From NCBI GenBank assembly GCA_965249555.1, contig OZ252243.1, positions 1,376,001 to 1,440,000 of the forward strand: a stretch of DNA of 64,000 nucleotides, read 5' to 3'. Each line of letters starts with the position of its first letter. Positions within the stretch are counted from its first letter, which is position 1. The stretch is from Nitrosopumilus sp. (GTDB lineage Archaea; Thermoproteota; Nitrososphaeria; Nitrososphaerales; Nitrosopumilaceae). The notes under the pieces were generated by a model. The model ran no database searches and was not told the origin of the DNA. It saw nothing but the letters and a program-made list of their open reading frames with translations. Both the position numbers and the translations under genes were made by a program. This document shows positions 19,501 through 27,964 of the stretch, piece by piece.

Positions 19501-20310
19501 ATTTACCTTGATGCTGAATCAAAGAAATCCCGAGAAAAAGCAATCGAGGTTGCAAGAAATGTATTACAAACTAAAGTAAGTGCATTAATTGCTGATACTG
19601 AAACTGATTATGCTACAGAAATTAAACTAATTTTGAGCGAAAATAGACTCAGAGAGAGAGGATGCTCTATTGCGGAGGTAGAAACAGCACTTTCATCAAA
19701 TAAAAAATTCAAGATGGAAACAACTGGTGAATTAATCACTCTAAAACTAGTTGATGAATGTGATGCTCCAACTGCAATTGCAATTAGAAACAAAGTTCTC
19801 AATACTACAGTTAAAGGAGTTCCAGACATTGAACGTGTCACATTAGTTCAAAAAGATGATGAATGGATTATACAAACAACTGGTTCTAACATTGCCAAAA
19901 TACTTGAAGTCAAAGGTATTGACAAACAAAATGTTAGAACAAATAATGTCTTTGAAATTGCAGGAACTTTGGGTATTGAAGCTGCAAGAAATGCATTGAT
20001 TAACGAACTAAACCACACTCTGGGCGACCAAGGATTAGAAGTTGATAATAGGTACATCATGCTGGTATCTGACTTGATGTGCTCAAGAGGTTACATGCAA
20101 CAAATAGGTAGACATGGAATTGCTGGTACCAAAGATAGTGTTCTTGCAAGAGCCGCATTTGAAATTACAGTACCAACTATTGCAAAAGCTGCACTTGGCG
20201 GAGAAATTGAACAACTAAAAGGTATCACTGAAAACGTAATTGTTGGAAGTAACATTCCAATTGGAAGTGGCACTGTTGATTTATACATGCAAGTAAGCAA
20301 GAAAAAATGA
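16519..20310 (+). CDS. rpoA1: RNA polymerase subunit A (Rpo1, unsplit A'+A'')
   Basis: YNADFDGDEMN catalytic motif followed in frame by the A'' region (GEPGTQMTLRTFH). Confidence 0.99.
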   Translation: MSVQAIKAIDGIKFSVWSPTEIRKYSVAEITAPETYDEDGMAVQGGLMDGRLGTLEPGQKCLTCGNTAARCPGHFGHLELAEPVLHIAFIDNIYKLLQSTCRSCARLKVPQEDLDIFQKIKTKHAAYTVISQKRIPEQIIEKAKKAKECPHCGKTQYELIFTKPTIFVEKTEIGEHRLLPITIRERFSQIIDEDLTLLSYDPVTARPEWFILQAFPVPPVTVRPSIILETGIRSEDDLTHKMVDIIRVNQRLKESKDAGTPPLIVQDLVDLLQYHTTTYFDNEVSGIPQAHHRSGRPLKTLTQRLKGKEGRFRGSLSGKRVDFSSRTVISPDPNLDLSEVGVPTAVAMKLTIPEIVTEWNIERMRKLVINGPETFPGVNYIVRPDGVKIRLDFVEDRSIIAETLENGYLIERHLDDGDIVMFNRQPSLHQMSIMAHYVKVLPGKTFRLHPSVCPPYNADFDGDEMNLHVPQSEEARAEAILLMRVQDQLISPRYGGPIIGALRDFVTGAYLLTKDDTTLSTQEFSNLAMLGNYTGQLPKPATKTKDGLAYTGKQLFSLFLPKDFNYVLTSKWSKGTGGKPKDVVIKNGELISGVIDKTSIGAEEPESVLHRIVKDYGNEVGKNFLNSILIMVKQFITHYGFSYGFGDLEVPEKNRQQILDDIKSTYDIVSDLTRQYEKGTLKLTRGMRPEEALEAYIVNELGKARDKAGSTANDSLDDSNAGKIMATTGARGSSLNVGQMAGALGQQSRRGDRMNDGYHNRALTHYVENDPNPDAHGFVKSNYREGLSTLEFFFHAMGGREGLVDTAVRTQQSGYMQRRLINALEHIRLEYDGTVRDPHGHIVQFLYGEDGIDVAKSDHGEAFNVERLAESQTLIDSGKKATKDEIDTLTKKYTKTFNPRLTSLVIDTLQKSGMSKDGVETVCKKGLLLYNKAQVEPGQAVGIVTAQSIGEPGTQMTLRTFHFAGIKERNVTLGLPRLIELVDARKKPVTPTMDIYLDAESKKSREKAIEVARNVLQTKVSALIADTETDYATEIKLILSENRLRERGCSIAEVETALSSNKKFKMETTGELITLKLVDECDAPTAIAIRNKVLNTTVKGVPDIERVTLVQKDDEWIIQTTGSNIAKILEVKGIDKQNVRTNNVFEIAGTLGIEAARNALINELNHTLGDQGLEVDNRYIMLVSDLMCSRGYMQQIGRHGIAGTKDSVLARAAFEITVPTIAKAALGGEIEQLKGITENVIVGSNIPIGSGTVDLYMQVSKKK

Positions 20311-20342
20311 GGAACAAAAATTAAATTATCTAGTGGTTAGTT

Positions 20343-20573
20343 ATGGTTTTTGAAATATCAACATTGATGAATAATAGTAAAGACAAAATTGTTTTGCTTA
20401 GAATGAAAAACAATACCACTATTCAAGGCATACTAAAAGAATTTGATATTCACATGAATTTGACCTTGGATGATGCAGAATACGTATCTGATGAGAAATC
20501 TGACAAACTTGGAACTATTTTGATACGTGGTGATAACATTTTGGCAGTCTCTATTCCTAAAGAAGATTCCTAG
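20343..20573 (+). CDS. Sm/Lsm-family RNA-binding protein
   Basis: GILKEFDIHMNLTL and ILIRGDNI Sm1/Sm2 motifs. Confidence 0.9.
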   Translation: MVFEISTLMNNSKDKIVLLRMKNNTTIQGILKEFDIHMNLTLDDAEYVSDEKSDKLGTILIRGDNILAVSIPKEDS

Positions 20574-20604
20574 AAATTTATCCATTAAACATTAAATTCA
20601 ATCT

Positions 20605-21801
20605 TTGATAAATTTTATCATGTATTTGCCTTTTCTATTTTTTTCGTTAATTCTTTTTCCTGCGTTTGGGGAATCAATACCTGACTATAATGAACCATAC
20701 TCTCCAATTTTTACTGACAAGGCAACATACTCGTGGACAGACAAAATAAAAATTACAATAATAGTCCCAAGTTGGAATACTGACAAATATCTAATTGATT
20801 CAATTGGAGGTACTGAAGATCATCCAATTAAAATCTCAACAAGAGGCCATTCCCTAGAACCTTATCGATTTACTGAAACAGACGTTAATTCAGGAATTTT
20901 CACCGCTGAGGTTATTCTTACAGGTTTCTCACATGATGCTGACGGTGATGGAGATATTGATACAACACCTAGAACCACTGGTACTGGACCTACTAGTGGA
21001 TTTTTAGAAGTTGACAGAGATTCAGCCATTACAATCTCATTTGAATTTGCAGATGGTGTAGTATTGATAGAGTCGGTTCCTGTTAGTTGGAATATTGGGA
21101 CAATTCAATTTTCTAACGAGAGTTTTTTTTCAGATGATTCTGTAATGATACGTGTCGTTGATTTTGATATGAATCTAAACCCTGAAGCACTTGATCAAAT
21201 CTCAATTCAAATTTTTTCAGATTCTGACATTGCAGGAATTGAAGTTAATGCAGTGGAGACATCTGAAAGTTCTGGCTCATTTGTTGCCACCATTTCTTTG
21301 TCTCAAACTTTGTCTTCTAGTGGAAATAGGCTTCATTCAATACCTGGAGATGAAATATTTGCCAAGTATGATGACTATACATTACCAAAACCATATTCTA
21401 CATCCGATAATTTAGAAATTGAAACTTTTGCAAAAATTGATTCGTCTATTTCACCACTTAATCGACTTGAAAATTCTCAAATTCTTTTGTCTGATAGTCT
21501 TGGTAATCAATTACAATCATTTTCATCAAATAAACAACTGCAAATAATTGGAACTATAACAAATGATCATAATTTTAAACAGAACTTTGTTTATCTCTTT
21601 CAAGTAAAAAATACTATGGATTCTATAGAATCAATTTCATGGATTCAGGGTGAACTATCTCCCAAACAAAGTCTAGATGTTTCCAAATCTTGGATACCTA
21701 AAAAATCTGGAACATATCACATTGAAACTTTTGTTTGGAATTCTCTTGATGAACTAATTCCATTGGCTCCTGTAATGTCAACTTCGATAATAGTTGAATG
21801 A
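20605..21801 (+). CDS. secreted protein with S-layer-like/Ig-like repeats
   Basis: Signal peptide (AFG), repeated ET..SG.F motifs, C-terminal SW.P..SGTYHIETFVW domain seen in thaumarchaeal surface proteins. Confidence 0.75.
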   Translation: MINFIMYLPFLFFSLILFPAFGESIPDYNEPYSPIFTDKATYSWTDKIKITIIVPSWNTDKYLIDSIGGTEDHPIKISTRGHSLEPYRFTETDVNSGIFTAEVILTGFSHDADGDGDIDTTPRTTGTGPTSGFLEVDRDSAITISFEFADGVVLIESVPVSWNIGTIQFSNESFFSDDSVMIRVVDFDMNLNPEALDQISIQIFSDSDIAGIEVNAVETSESSGSFVATISLSQTLSSSGNRLHSIPGDEIFAKYDDYTLPKPYSTSDNLEIETFAKIDSSISPLNRLENSQILLSDSLGNQLQSFSSNKQLQIIGTITNDHNFKQNFVYLFQVKNTMDSIESISWIQGELSPKQSLDVSKSWIPKKSGTYHIETFVWNSLDELIPLAPVMSTSIIVE

Positions 21802-21852
21802 AAAGTATGATTTATGCGTGATTATTAAATAGAAAATTATGTTTTTAGTCGT

Positions 21853-23424
21853 GTGTTAGTATACTTGCTAGGAATAACTCTAGTGTTAACCGCATTATCA
21901 CCTTTTATTTTTACAGAAGTTTTTGCGGATTCATTTGTTGTTGATTTTAATCAGCAACAATACCATGGAGGGGACTTATCATTTCAGGAAAAATTCTTGA
22001 TTTTGGAATGCCAGTTATTGCAATAAGCATCTATGATCCTGACGGAAAAATTTTATCTGCAAATAATTTAGAAATTTCACCTCAGAAAACCTTCTCTAAG
22101 ATCATCTTACTTGACTCTCCCTTTTATGAAAAAATTGGAGAATACATGGTAAAATTAGATTATGGTCAGATTTCTGAAAATCATTATTTTGTTATTGATT
22201 CTGAATATTCTGAATCTGAAATTTTAGTTGATGATTTTGAAAACACTGAAATTATTTTGCTTTATACTGACAAAGCACAATACACTGACAAAGATTTTAT
22301 CAAAATTACCGGTCTAGTTTCTGCATTGGATTCCCCTACAGTGTTAATGGGAGTTTATGATCCATTTGGAATGCCTGCAGGATTTTATTTTGGCTCAATT
22401 GATTCTAATTTGGAATTCTCTACAAGCTTTCTTGTAAAATCTGGAGTTAATTTTAGAGTCGATGGTACATATTCAATAAAAGCATATTATGCAGAAACAG
22501 AAGCAATGTCTTTTTTTGATTATTACAAAGATCCACAATCCGTAATTGAACACACTTGAAGAAATAACTAAAGTATCATCAGATGAAATTATTTCTGACA
22601 CTGACAATATCTCATCAGTTGAAAAAATAATTAACAAAGAAAAAAATGACATTAATTATAATTCTAATAATGAAAATTCAATTATCCAAAATGATATACA
22701 AGAAACTTCTACTGTGAACACACAAAATTCTGAAATTAAAAAAGCAAAATCAATTCAAGAAAAAAATACTTTAAAAAAAATTATGCCTAAAAATGAAATT
22801 AAAAAACAAACTAATCTTACTGTAGAAGATATAGAATTAGGTAAATTACTAAATCAAATTAATCTGAAATGTGATTCAAGTACTTTCACTGATACAATTT
22901 CATATTATGATGGAATGGGACCTGCTTTGTATCGACTATGTAAATTTGATAGTTCTTTGAATTTCTTTAATGACTCCTTAATTGACAATCCTAATGATGT
23001 AGAAATTCTTGTAAACAAAGGTTCCACTTTAGGGAAATTGGGATATTTTTCTGAGGCAATAATGTATTATGATCAAGTAATCAACATTGATCCTGATTTC
23101 CTCCCTGCTAAAAATAACAAGGCTAACGTTCTTGCAAATCTAGGGTATCATAATGAAGCTATTTCATTATACAATGAAATTCTATCACAAAACCCTCATT
23201 ACACTACTGCTAAAAAAAATCTTGAAATTGCATTGTCTGAAACTTGACAAATTCATAATGTAGATGATATGGTGGATGAATTTAACACTAAAAATATTGT
23301 TAAACAAAAATCCTCTTTACCTGAAAAAACTATTTTATTTGAATCAAAAAAACAAAAACCAACTAACTTTTTTGAAGAGGCAAGTCTTGTATTCTCTTCT
23401 TTAGTTTCTCTATTTGGTTTCTAA
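21853..23424 (+). pseudogene. disrupted secreted TPR-repeat protein (2 frameshifts + 1 in-frame stop)
   Basis: Signal-peptide frame from GTG 21853 (VFA-DS) shifts near 21976 into the frame of ORF 22008-22559, shifts again near 22550 into TPR ORF 22546-23247; after TGA 23245-23247 the frame stays open to TAA 23424 (...NFFEEASLVFSSLVSLFGF). Confidence 0.8.
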
Positions 23425-23504
23425 ACTAGATTTCTGCTTTTAACTATATCAAATTTTTCAATAAACCTATAAAGCCCTGTTAAGACGATCGTCATAAGGA
23501 AAAC

Positions 23505-23825
23505 ATGAGTAAGATACTTGAAAAATCATTGAAAGATGCTCTCAAAGAGGATAAGTTAACGATGGGCACTAAACAAGTTTTGAACTCTGTAAAAAATTCC
23601 AAGCTACTTGTATTGTCTCAATCAGTAAAAAAAGAAATGTTTGAGAAAATTGAATCAGATGCAAAAAAAGAAAAAATACCATTAGTGAACTTTCAAGGAA
23701 CATCAGTCGCATTAGGTAGACTATGTGGCTTACAATTTAGAATTTCAACAATTTCATTTACATCAATAACTGATGCTAACATCAAATCAATTCTAAAAGA
23801 TACAGAAGCTGAGGAAAAAAAATGA
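23505..23825 (+). CDS. rpl30e: 50S ribosomal protein L30e
   Basis: MGTKQVL..GTSVALGRLCG L7Ae/L30e fold, immediately upstream of nusA-rps12-rps7. Confidence 0.88.
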   Translation: MSKILEKSLKDALKEDKLTMGTKQVLNSVKNSKLLVLSQSVKKEMFEKIESDAKKEKIPLVNFQGTSVALGRLCGLQFRISTISFTSITDANIKSILKDTEAEEKK

Positions 23826-23892
23826 ATAGTTGTATTTTATTTCATGAAAGTTTAAATGAGACATTTTTTGTTGGAGATAAAAAGGCATTCTT

Positions 23893-24354
23893 ATGACACA
23901 AGCAATAAAACTATCAATTGATCAAATGCGTATGATGTCACTTTTCCAAAATGTTACAGGTGCAACTGCACGTGATTGTATTGAAGATGAAAAACAAGAT
24001 AGAGTAATTTTTGTAGTTAATACTGGTAAAATGGGTTTAGCAATTGGTAAAGGTGGCATGCATATCAAATCATTACAAAATATTCTTAAGAGAAATGTTG
24101 AATTGGTAGAATTTGATGAAGACCCATCAAAATTTTTGACTAATTTACTTAATTCAAAACTTGTCTCTGAAGTGAAAATAAACACACGACCAGATGGGTC
24201 AAAACAGGCAATTGTATTGGTAGACCCAAGAAAGAAAGGAATTGTTGTTGGAAGAGAAGGCAGGAATGCTGAGAAAGCACGTCTCCTTGCAAAACGATAC
24301 TTCAATATCACAAACGTACTAATTAACAGTCCAGAAAGAACATTGGAGATGTAA
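23893..24354 (+). CDS. nusA: archaeal NusA-like KH-domain protein
   Basis: MGLAIGKGG and [12 protein letters not shown] motifs; synteny. Confidence 0.95.
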   Translation: MTQAIKLSIDQMRMMSLFQNVTGATARDCIEDEKQDRVIFVVNTGKMGLAIGKGGMHIKSLQNILKRNVELVEFDEDPSKFLTNLLNSKLVSEVKINTRPDGSKQAIVLVDPRKKGIVVGREGRNAEKARLLAKRYFNITNVLINSPERTLEM

Positions 24355-24356
24355 GA

Positions 24357-24797
24357 ATGACAAGAAAATCACCCCTCGGATTATTTGCTGGTAGAGTTTT
24401 GAATTCTAAGAAAAAGAAACAGAGATGGGCAATCTCTACTTACAAGAGAAGAAAACTTGGTATTGATAAAAAATCTGATCCTCTTGGTGGTGCACCGCAA
24501 GGAAGAGGTATTGTTTTAGAAAAAGTAGGAATTGCTGCAAAACAACCTAACTCTGCTATACGAAAATGTGTTAGAGTTCAATTAATTAAAAACGGTAAGA
24601 CAGTTACGGCATTTTTGCCACGAGACGGTGCAATGAACTTCATTGATGAGCATGATGAGGTTCACATTCAAGGTATGGGTGCAACACAAGGTGGCGCAAT
24701 GGGAGATATTCCTGGTGTTAGATTCAAAGTTTTCAAAGTAAATGACACATCACTTCATGAATTAGTAATTGGTAAGAAAGAGAAACCAAGGAGATAG
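24357..24797 (+). CDS. rps12: 30S ribosomal protein S12
   Basis: [26 protein letters not shown]. Confidence 0.98.
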   Translation: MTRKSPLGLFAGRVLNSKKKKQRWAISTYKRRKLGIDKKSDPLGGAPQGRGIVLEKVGIAAKQPNSAIRKCVRVQLIKNGKTVTAFLPRDGAMNFIDEHDEVHIQGMGATQGGAMGDIPGVRFKVFKVNDTSLHELVIGKKEKPRR

Positions 24798-24799
24798 AC

Positions 24800-25399
24800 A
24801 TGGCAGAAACAAAGAATTTATTATTATTTAGAAAATGGGATTTGTCAAATATTGAGATTGTAGATCCTGGATTAAAGACTGCAATCTCACTTAGAAAACA
24901 AATTTTACCATACACTTATGGTCGTTCAGCACTCAAGCGATTCAATAAAGCTGATGTTAACATTGTTGAACGATTGATAAACAAGACAATGCACTTTGGA
25001 AAGAAATATGCAAAGAACACTGGAAGAATGACTGGAAAAAAGACCAAAGTTCTCAATACTGTAAAGACAGCATTTGATATTATTGCACTAAAAACTGGAC
25101 AAAATCCAGTTGAAGTTTTAGTTAGAGCAGTAGAATTTTCTGCCCCAAACGAAGACACAACTAGAATTGTTTATGGTGGTACTACATACCATGTATCAGT
25201 TGATGTTGCTCCAATTAGACGAGTTGATATGGCTTTGAAATTTATCGCCGATGCAGTCAAAGAGGCAACATTTTCCAACCCAAAACCAATTGAAGAACAT
25301 ATGGCAGAACAACTAATACTTGCAGCATCAAACGATTCTAACGCTCCTTCAGTCAAGAAGAAACATGAGCTAGAAAGAATCGCACAAGCATCAAGATAG
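24800..25399 (+). CDS. rps7: 30S ribosomal protein S7
   Basis: IVERLIN, NPVEVLVRAV, SVDVAPIRRVD, ELERIAQASR. Confidence 0.98.
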   Translation: MAETKNLLLFRKWDLSNIEIVDPGLKTAISLRKQILPYTYGRSALKRFNKADVNIVERLINKTMHFGKKYAKNTGRMTGKKTKVLNTVKTAFDIIALKTGQNPVEVLVRAVEFSAPNEDTTRIVYGGTTYHVSVDVAPIRRVDMALKFIADAVKEATFSNPKPIEEHMAEQLILAASNDSNAPSVKKKHELERIAQASR

Positions 25400-25411
25400 A
25401 AATTTTTCCAG

Positions 25412-25499
25412 TAGCCCGAGGCAGATTCGAACTGCCGTCTCCGCCTATCCACTCTTGAGATCCAGAGGGCAGAATCCTTGACCGCTAGACTATCGGGCT
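25412..25499 (-). tRNA. tRNA-Gln(CTG) with 15-nt intron at 37/38 (intron 25447-25461)
   Basis: Minus strand AGCCCGA TAGTCTAGCGGTCAAGGAT TCTGCC CTCTGG [ATCTCAAGAGTGGAT] AGGCGGAGAC GGCAGTTCGAATCTGCC TCGGGCTA; all stems pair. Confidence 0.95.
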
Positions 25500-25544
25500 A
25501 CTTGAAGAAATTTTGATGTTTTAGAATATATTCATTTATCGTAA

Positions 25545-25874
25545 TTATTTTTGTCTGACTTCATGAATTACTGTTGCATAATCACATTTGGCTTTTAGTC
25601 TCATGTATGGAATTAATCTATAATGAATCGAATAACTGTTATTTTCTTTACGCAAAATTCCTTTTAGTACCAAAGAAACCAATCCTCTTGATGGAACTGT
25701 AATTGAGACATTTTTTTGTTTGCAGATTTCATCACGTTTGTTTTGAAATTGTTTTAATGAAAATTCAATCTCATTAATTTCTAAAATTAAAGGCCAAACA
25801 ATTTCAGCCCAGACAAATCTCCTGTTTTCTGTGGCTGAAGCATACTTTCCTTTTTCACTCAACATTAATAACAT
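25545..25874 (-). CDS. hypothetical protein (possible winged helix)
   Basis: 109-aa ORF, helical pattern ending SLVLKGILRKENNSYSIHY. Confidence 0.7.
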   Translation of the reverse strand: MLLMLSEKGKYASATENRRFVWAEIVWPLILEINEIEFSLKQFQNKRDEICKQKNVSITVPSRGLVSLVLKGILRKENNSYSIHYRLIPYMRLKAKCDYATVIHEVRQK

Positions 25875-25900
25875 CTGGAAAAGATGTTATAACTTGATAG

Positions 25901-26605
25901 TTGTCTCAAAAAGAAATTGAAGAATCATTAAATCTGTTAGAAAAAGATTGGGACATTGACCCAATTCTACGAGAATTTACGCTAGGAAAAATCACTGATG
26001 TGTCTGATTATCCAATAAAAGTAAAAGATGTAATTTTTCATATACCATACCTTAATTCAAAAAAAAAGTACATTTTATGGAAATGCTATTGGCCTGACTG
26101 TCACAACTGTTGTGATAGACAAGGAAGACTTCCATTAACCTCTGATGATCTAATTACGATTGGAAAAGGTTTGAAATATCAAAAGCCTTCAGAGTTTGTA
26201 AAAAATGAAACACTTACTGTAACCTATCAGGAACCGGGACCATCAGGGCAAATGACTACAATGACTACAATCAATCTAAAAAGAAAAAAAGATGAGACAG
26301 CAGCTGATGATGGAACACACATCTCATGTAGATTCTTAGATAATGAAGGGGGTTGTAGCATGCATCCTGATAGACCAGGAGTGTGCTATCTTTATCCATT
26401 TAGTACATGGCTTGAAAATGAAAAAGGAATGGCGCGTGTACATGCAACATATCAGTTTACTGGTGATTGTCCTGGATTTTACTTGGCAGATAATTTGGAC
26501 CCAATGAAAGATGAATTCAAAGAATATTCAAAAATTATTTACGATTACAATATGGCATCAAATCGTACTAATAGGGAAGGGTTTGGTTCAGTTAGTTTCA
26601 GTTAG
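25901..26605 (+). CDS. YkgJ-family cysteine-cluster (Zn/Fe-chelating) protein
   Basis: C..DCHNCC, CRFL...GCSMHPDRPGVCYLYPF, CPG. Confidence 0.88.
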   Translation: MSQKEIEESLNLLEKDWDIDPILREFTLGKITDVSDYPIKVKDVIFHIPYLNSKKKYILWKCYWPDCHNCCDRQGRLPLTSDDLITIGKGLKYQKPSEFVKNETLTVTYQEPGPSGQMTTMTTINLKRKKDETAADDGTHISCRFLDNEGGCSMHPDRPGVCYLYPFSTWLENEKGMARVHATYQFTGDCPGFYLADNLDPMKDEFKEYSKIIYDYNMASNRTNREGFGSVSFS

Positions 26606-27615
26606 GCTTTAGCGACTTTCATCAAATTACTAATCTTAATATCCATTCCAAATCTTTTTTCATGCTTTTTCATGTATAGAAATATTGCAATAAAGTCAGG
26701 TAATGCCTTGAAGAAATTAAAGTTCTTGTGGATTTTTTTTCTAACAAAATTAAAGACCTTAGCATATACCTTGAAGTGTTTATCAACTGCCTTTTCATAT
26801 GCTGCAAAGTCATGCATGTTATCCAAGAAAATATCAACACATTGCATAGATGGAATGATTCCCTCACCTAACATTGCAAAAACTGTTCCAATTGATTCGC
26901 CAACACCAACTACTTTTCCTGAATAGAATGGTTTGCATCTATCCGGTGTGGCTAATCTGATTGGACGTCCTTTAGTTTTGAGTACCTTACCTCCATATTT
27001 TTTCAAGAATTCGTCAGTTGCTTTGATGTGATTTTTGTTATAATCTCCAGCACCAATATGTGCCCATTTTTCCCCTAATGGAAAGTACCAAAAGTATCCG
27101 GACATTCCTGGAAATGGCTCCAAGTAAAAGTCATCAAATGGTACGCCATTTTCATATTCCACTTTGTATTCATATGTTGGCAAAAAGAAATCTTCTTTTA
27201 GTTTTGGTAGATAAATTCTATGAAATCCTGTACAATCAACTATCATGTCATATTCTTTTTCCAACTCTTCAAGCTTTGGTGCTGTTCCATACAGTACCTT
27301 TGAATCTTTGATAAAATCTTTGATTAATGCTAATTTGTCATACGTACATAATCCATGCAGTCCGATATCAAATCTTACACCATTACCCATCTTGACTTTC
27401 ATTTTTTTGCCATCATGAATCATAAAGTCACCAAAATCTCTGCCAGTCTTTTCGCAGAACTTGTCAAGCTCTGACTTTATCGTACCCCAAGCGCAGATAG
27501 AGTCATGTCTTTCCTCTACCATTCTTTCATACCCTACTACTTCATGTTCAGAATTGTGTAGTCTGGCCATTAGATAAGAGCCTGCTACACCCATACCCAT
27601 TACTGCTATCTTCAA
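26602..27615 (-). CDS. FAD-dependent oxidoreductase, geranylgeranyl-reductase-like
   Basis: GMGVAG Rossmann motif, GYFWYFP, VGVGESIG..LGEGI. Confidence 0.8.
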   Translation of the reverse strand: MKIAVMGMGVAGSYLMARLHNSEHEVVGYERMVEERHDSICAWGTIKSELDKFCEKTGRDFGDFMIHDGKKMKVKMGNGVRFDIGLHGLCTYDKLALIKDFIKDSKVLYGTAPKLEELEKEYDMIVDCTGFHRIYLPKLKEDFFLPTYEYKVEYENGVPFDDFYLEPFPGMSGYFWYFPLGEKWAHIGAGDYNKNHIKATDEFLKKYGGKVLKTKGRPIRLATPDRCKPFYSGKVVGVGESIGTVFAMLGEGIIPSMQCVDIFLDNMHDFAAYEKAVDKHFKVYAKVFNFVRKKIHKNFNFFKALPDFIAIFLYMKKHEKRFGMDIKISNLMKVAKA

Positions 27616-27746
27616 GATATTTTGCGATTAATTCATGCCTAAATATACTATCTGAAAATATTTTTGATGCTAGTTTCTAATTTTGTCAGAATCTTGTAAC
27701 ATTATAATATTAATTTCACTTAATATCTGCCAATCAAATTTACTTT

Positions 27747-27964
27747 ATGGGCATATAGGCAATGCAATTACGAAGCTAGAGACATCTAACCAAGGATTAA
27801 AAGTAATTCTAGAAAATCTAGATGAGTAACTTGCAGATATACGATCAAATCCAAGACTTGAAGGACTAGTTGATGATTTGGAGAATCTGTTTTTTGCCTA
27901 TCTTAAAACTTGGATAAAATCTAACACTAAAGTAATTGACATCTTGAAAAAAGAGAAAAAATAA
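27747..27964 (+). pseudogene. disrupted small helical protein
   Basis: ATG at 27747 is out of frame with IGNAITKLETSNQGLKVILENLDE*LADIRSNPRLEGLVDDLENLFFAYLKTWIKSNTKVIDILKKEKK*, which contains one internal TAA. Confidence 0.6.

Noticed and set aside
16519-20310. Fused RpoA'/A'' as a novelty
   Set aside because: Unsplit subunit A is the known state in Thaumarchaeota; used only as a lineage marker
25412-25499. tRNA introns (also 57817-57830) as unusual features
   Set aside because: Short introns at canonical position 37/38 are common in this phylum
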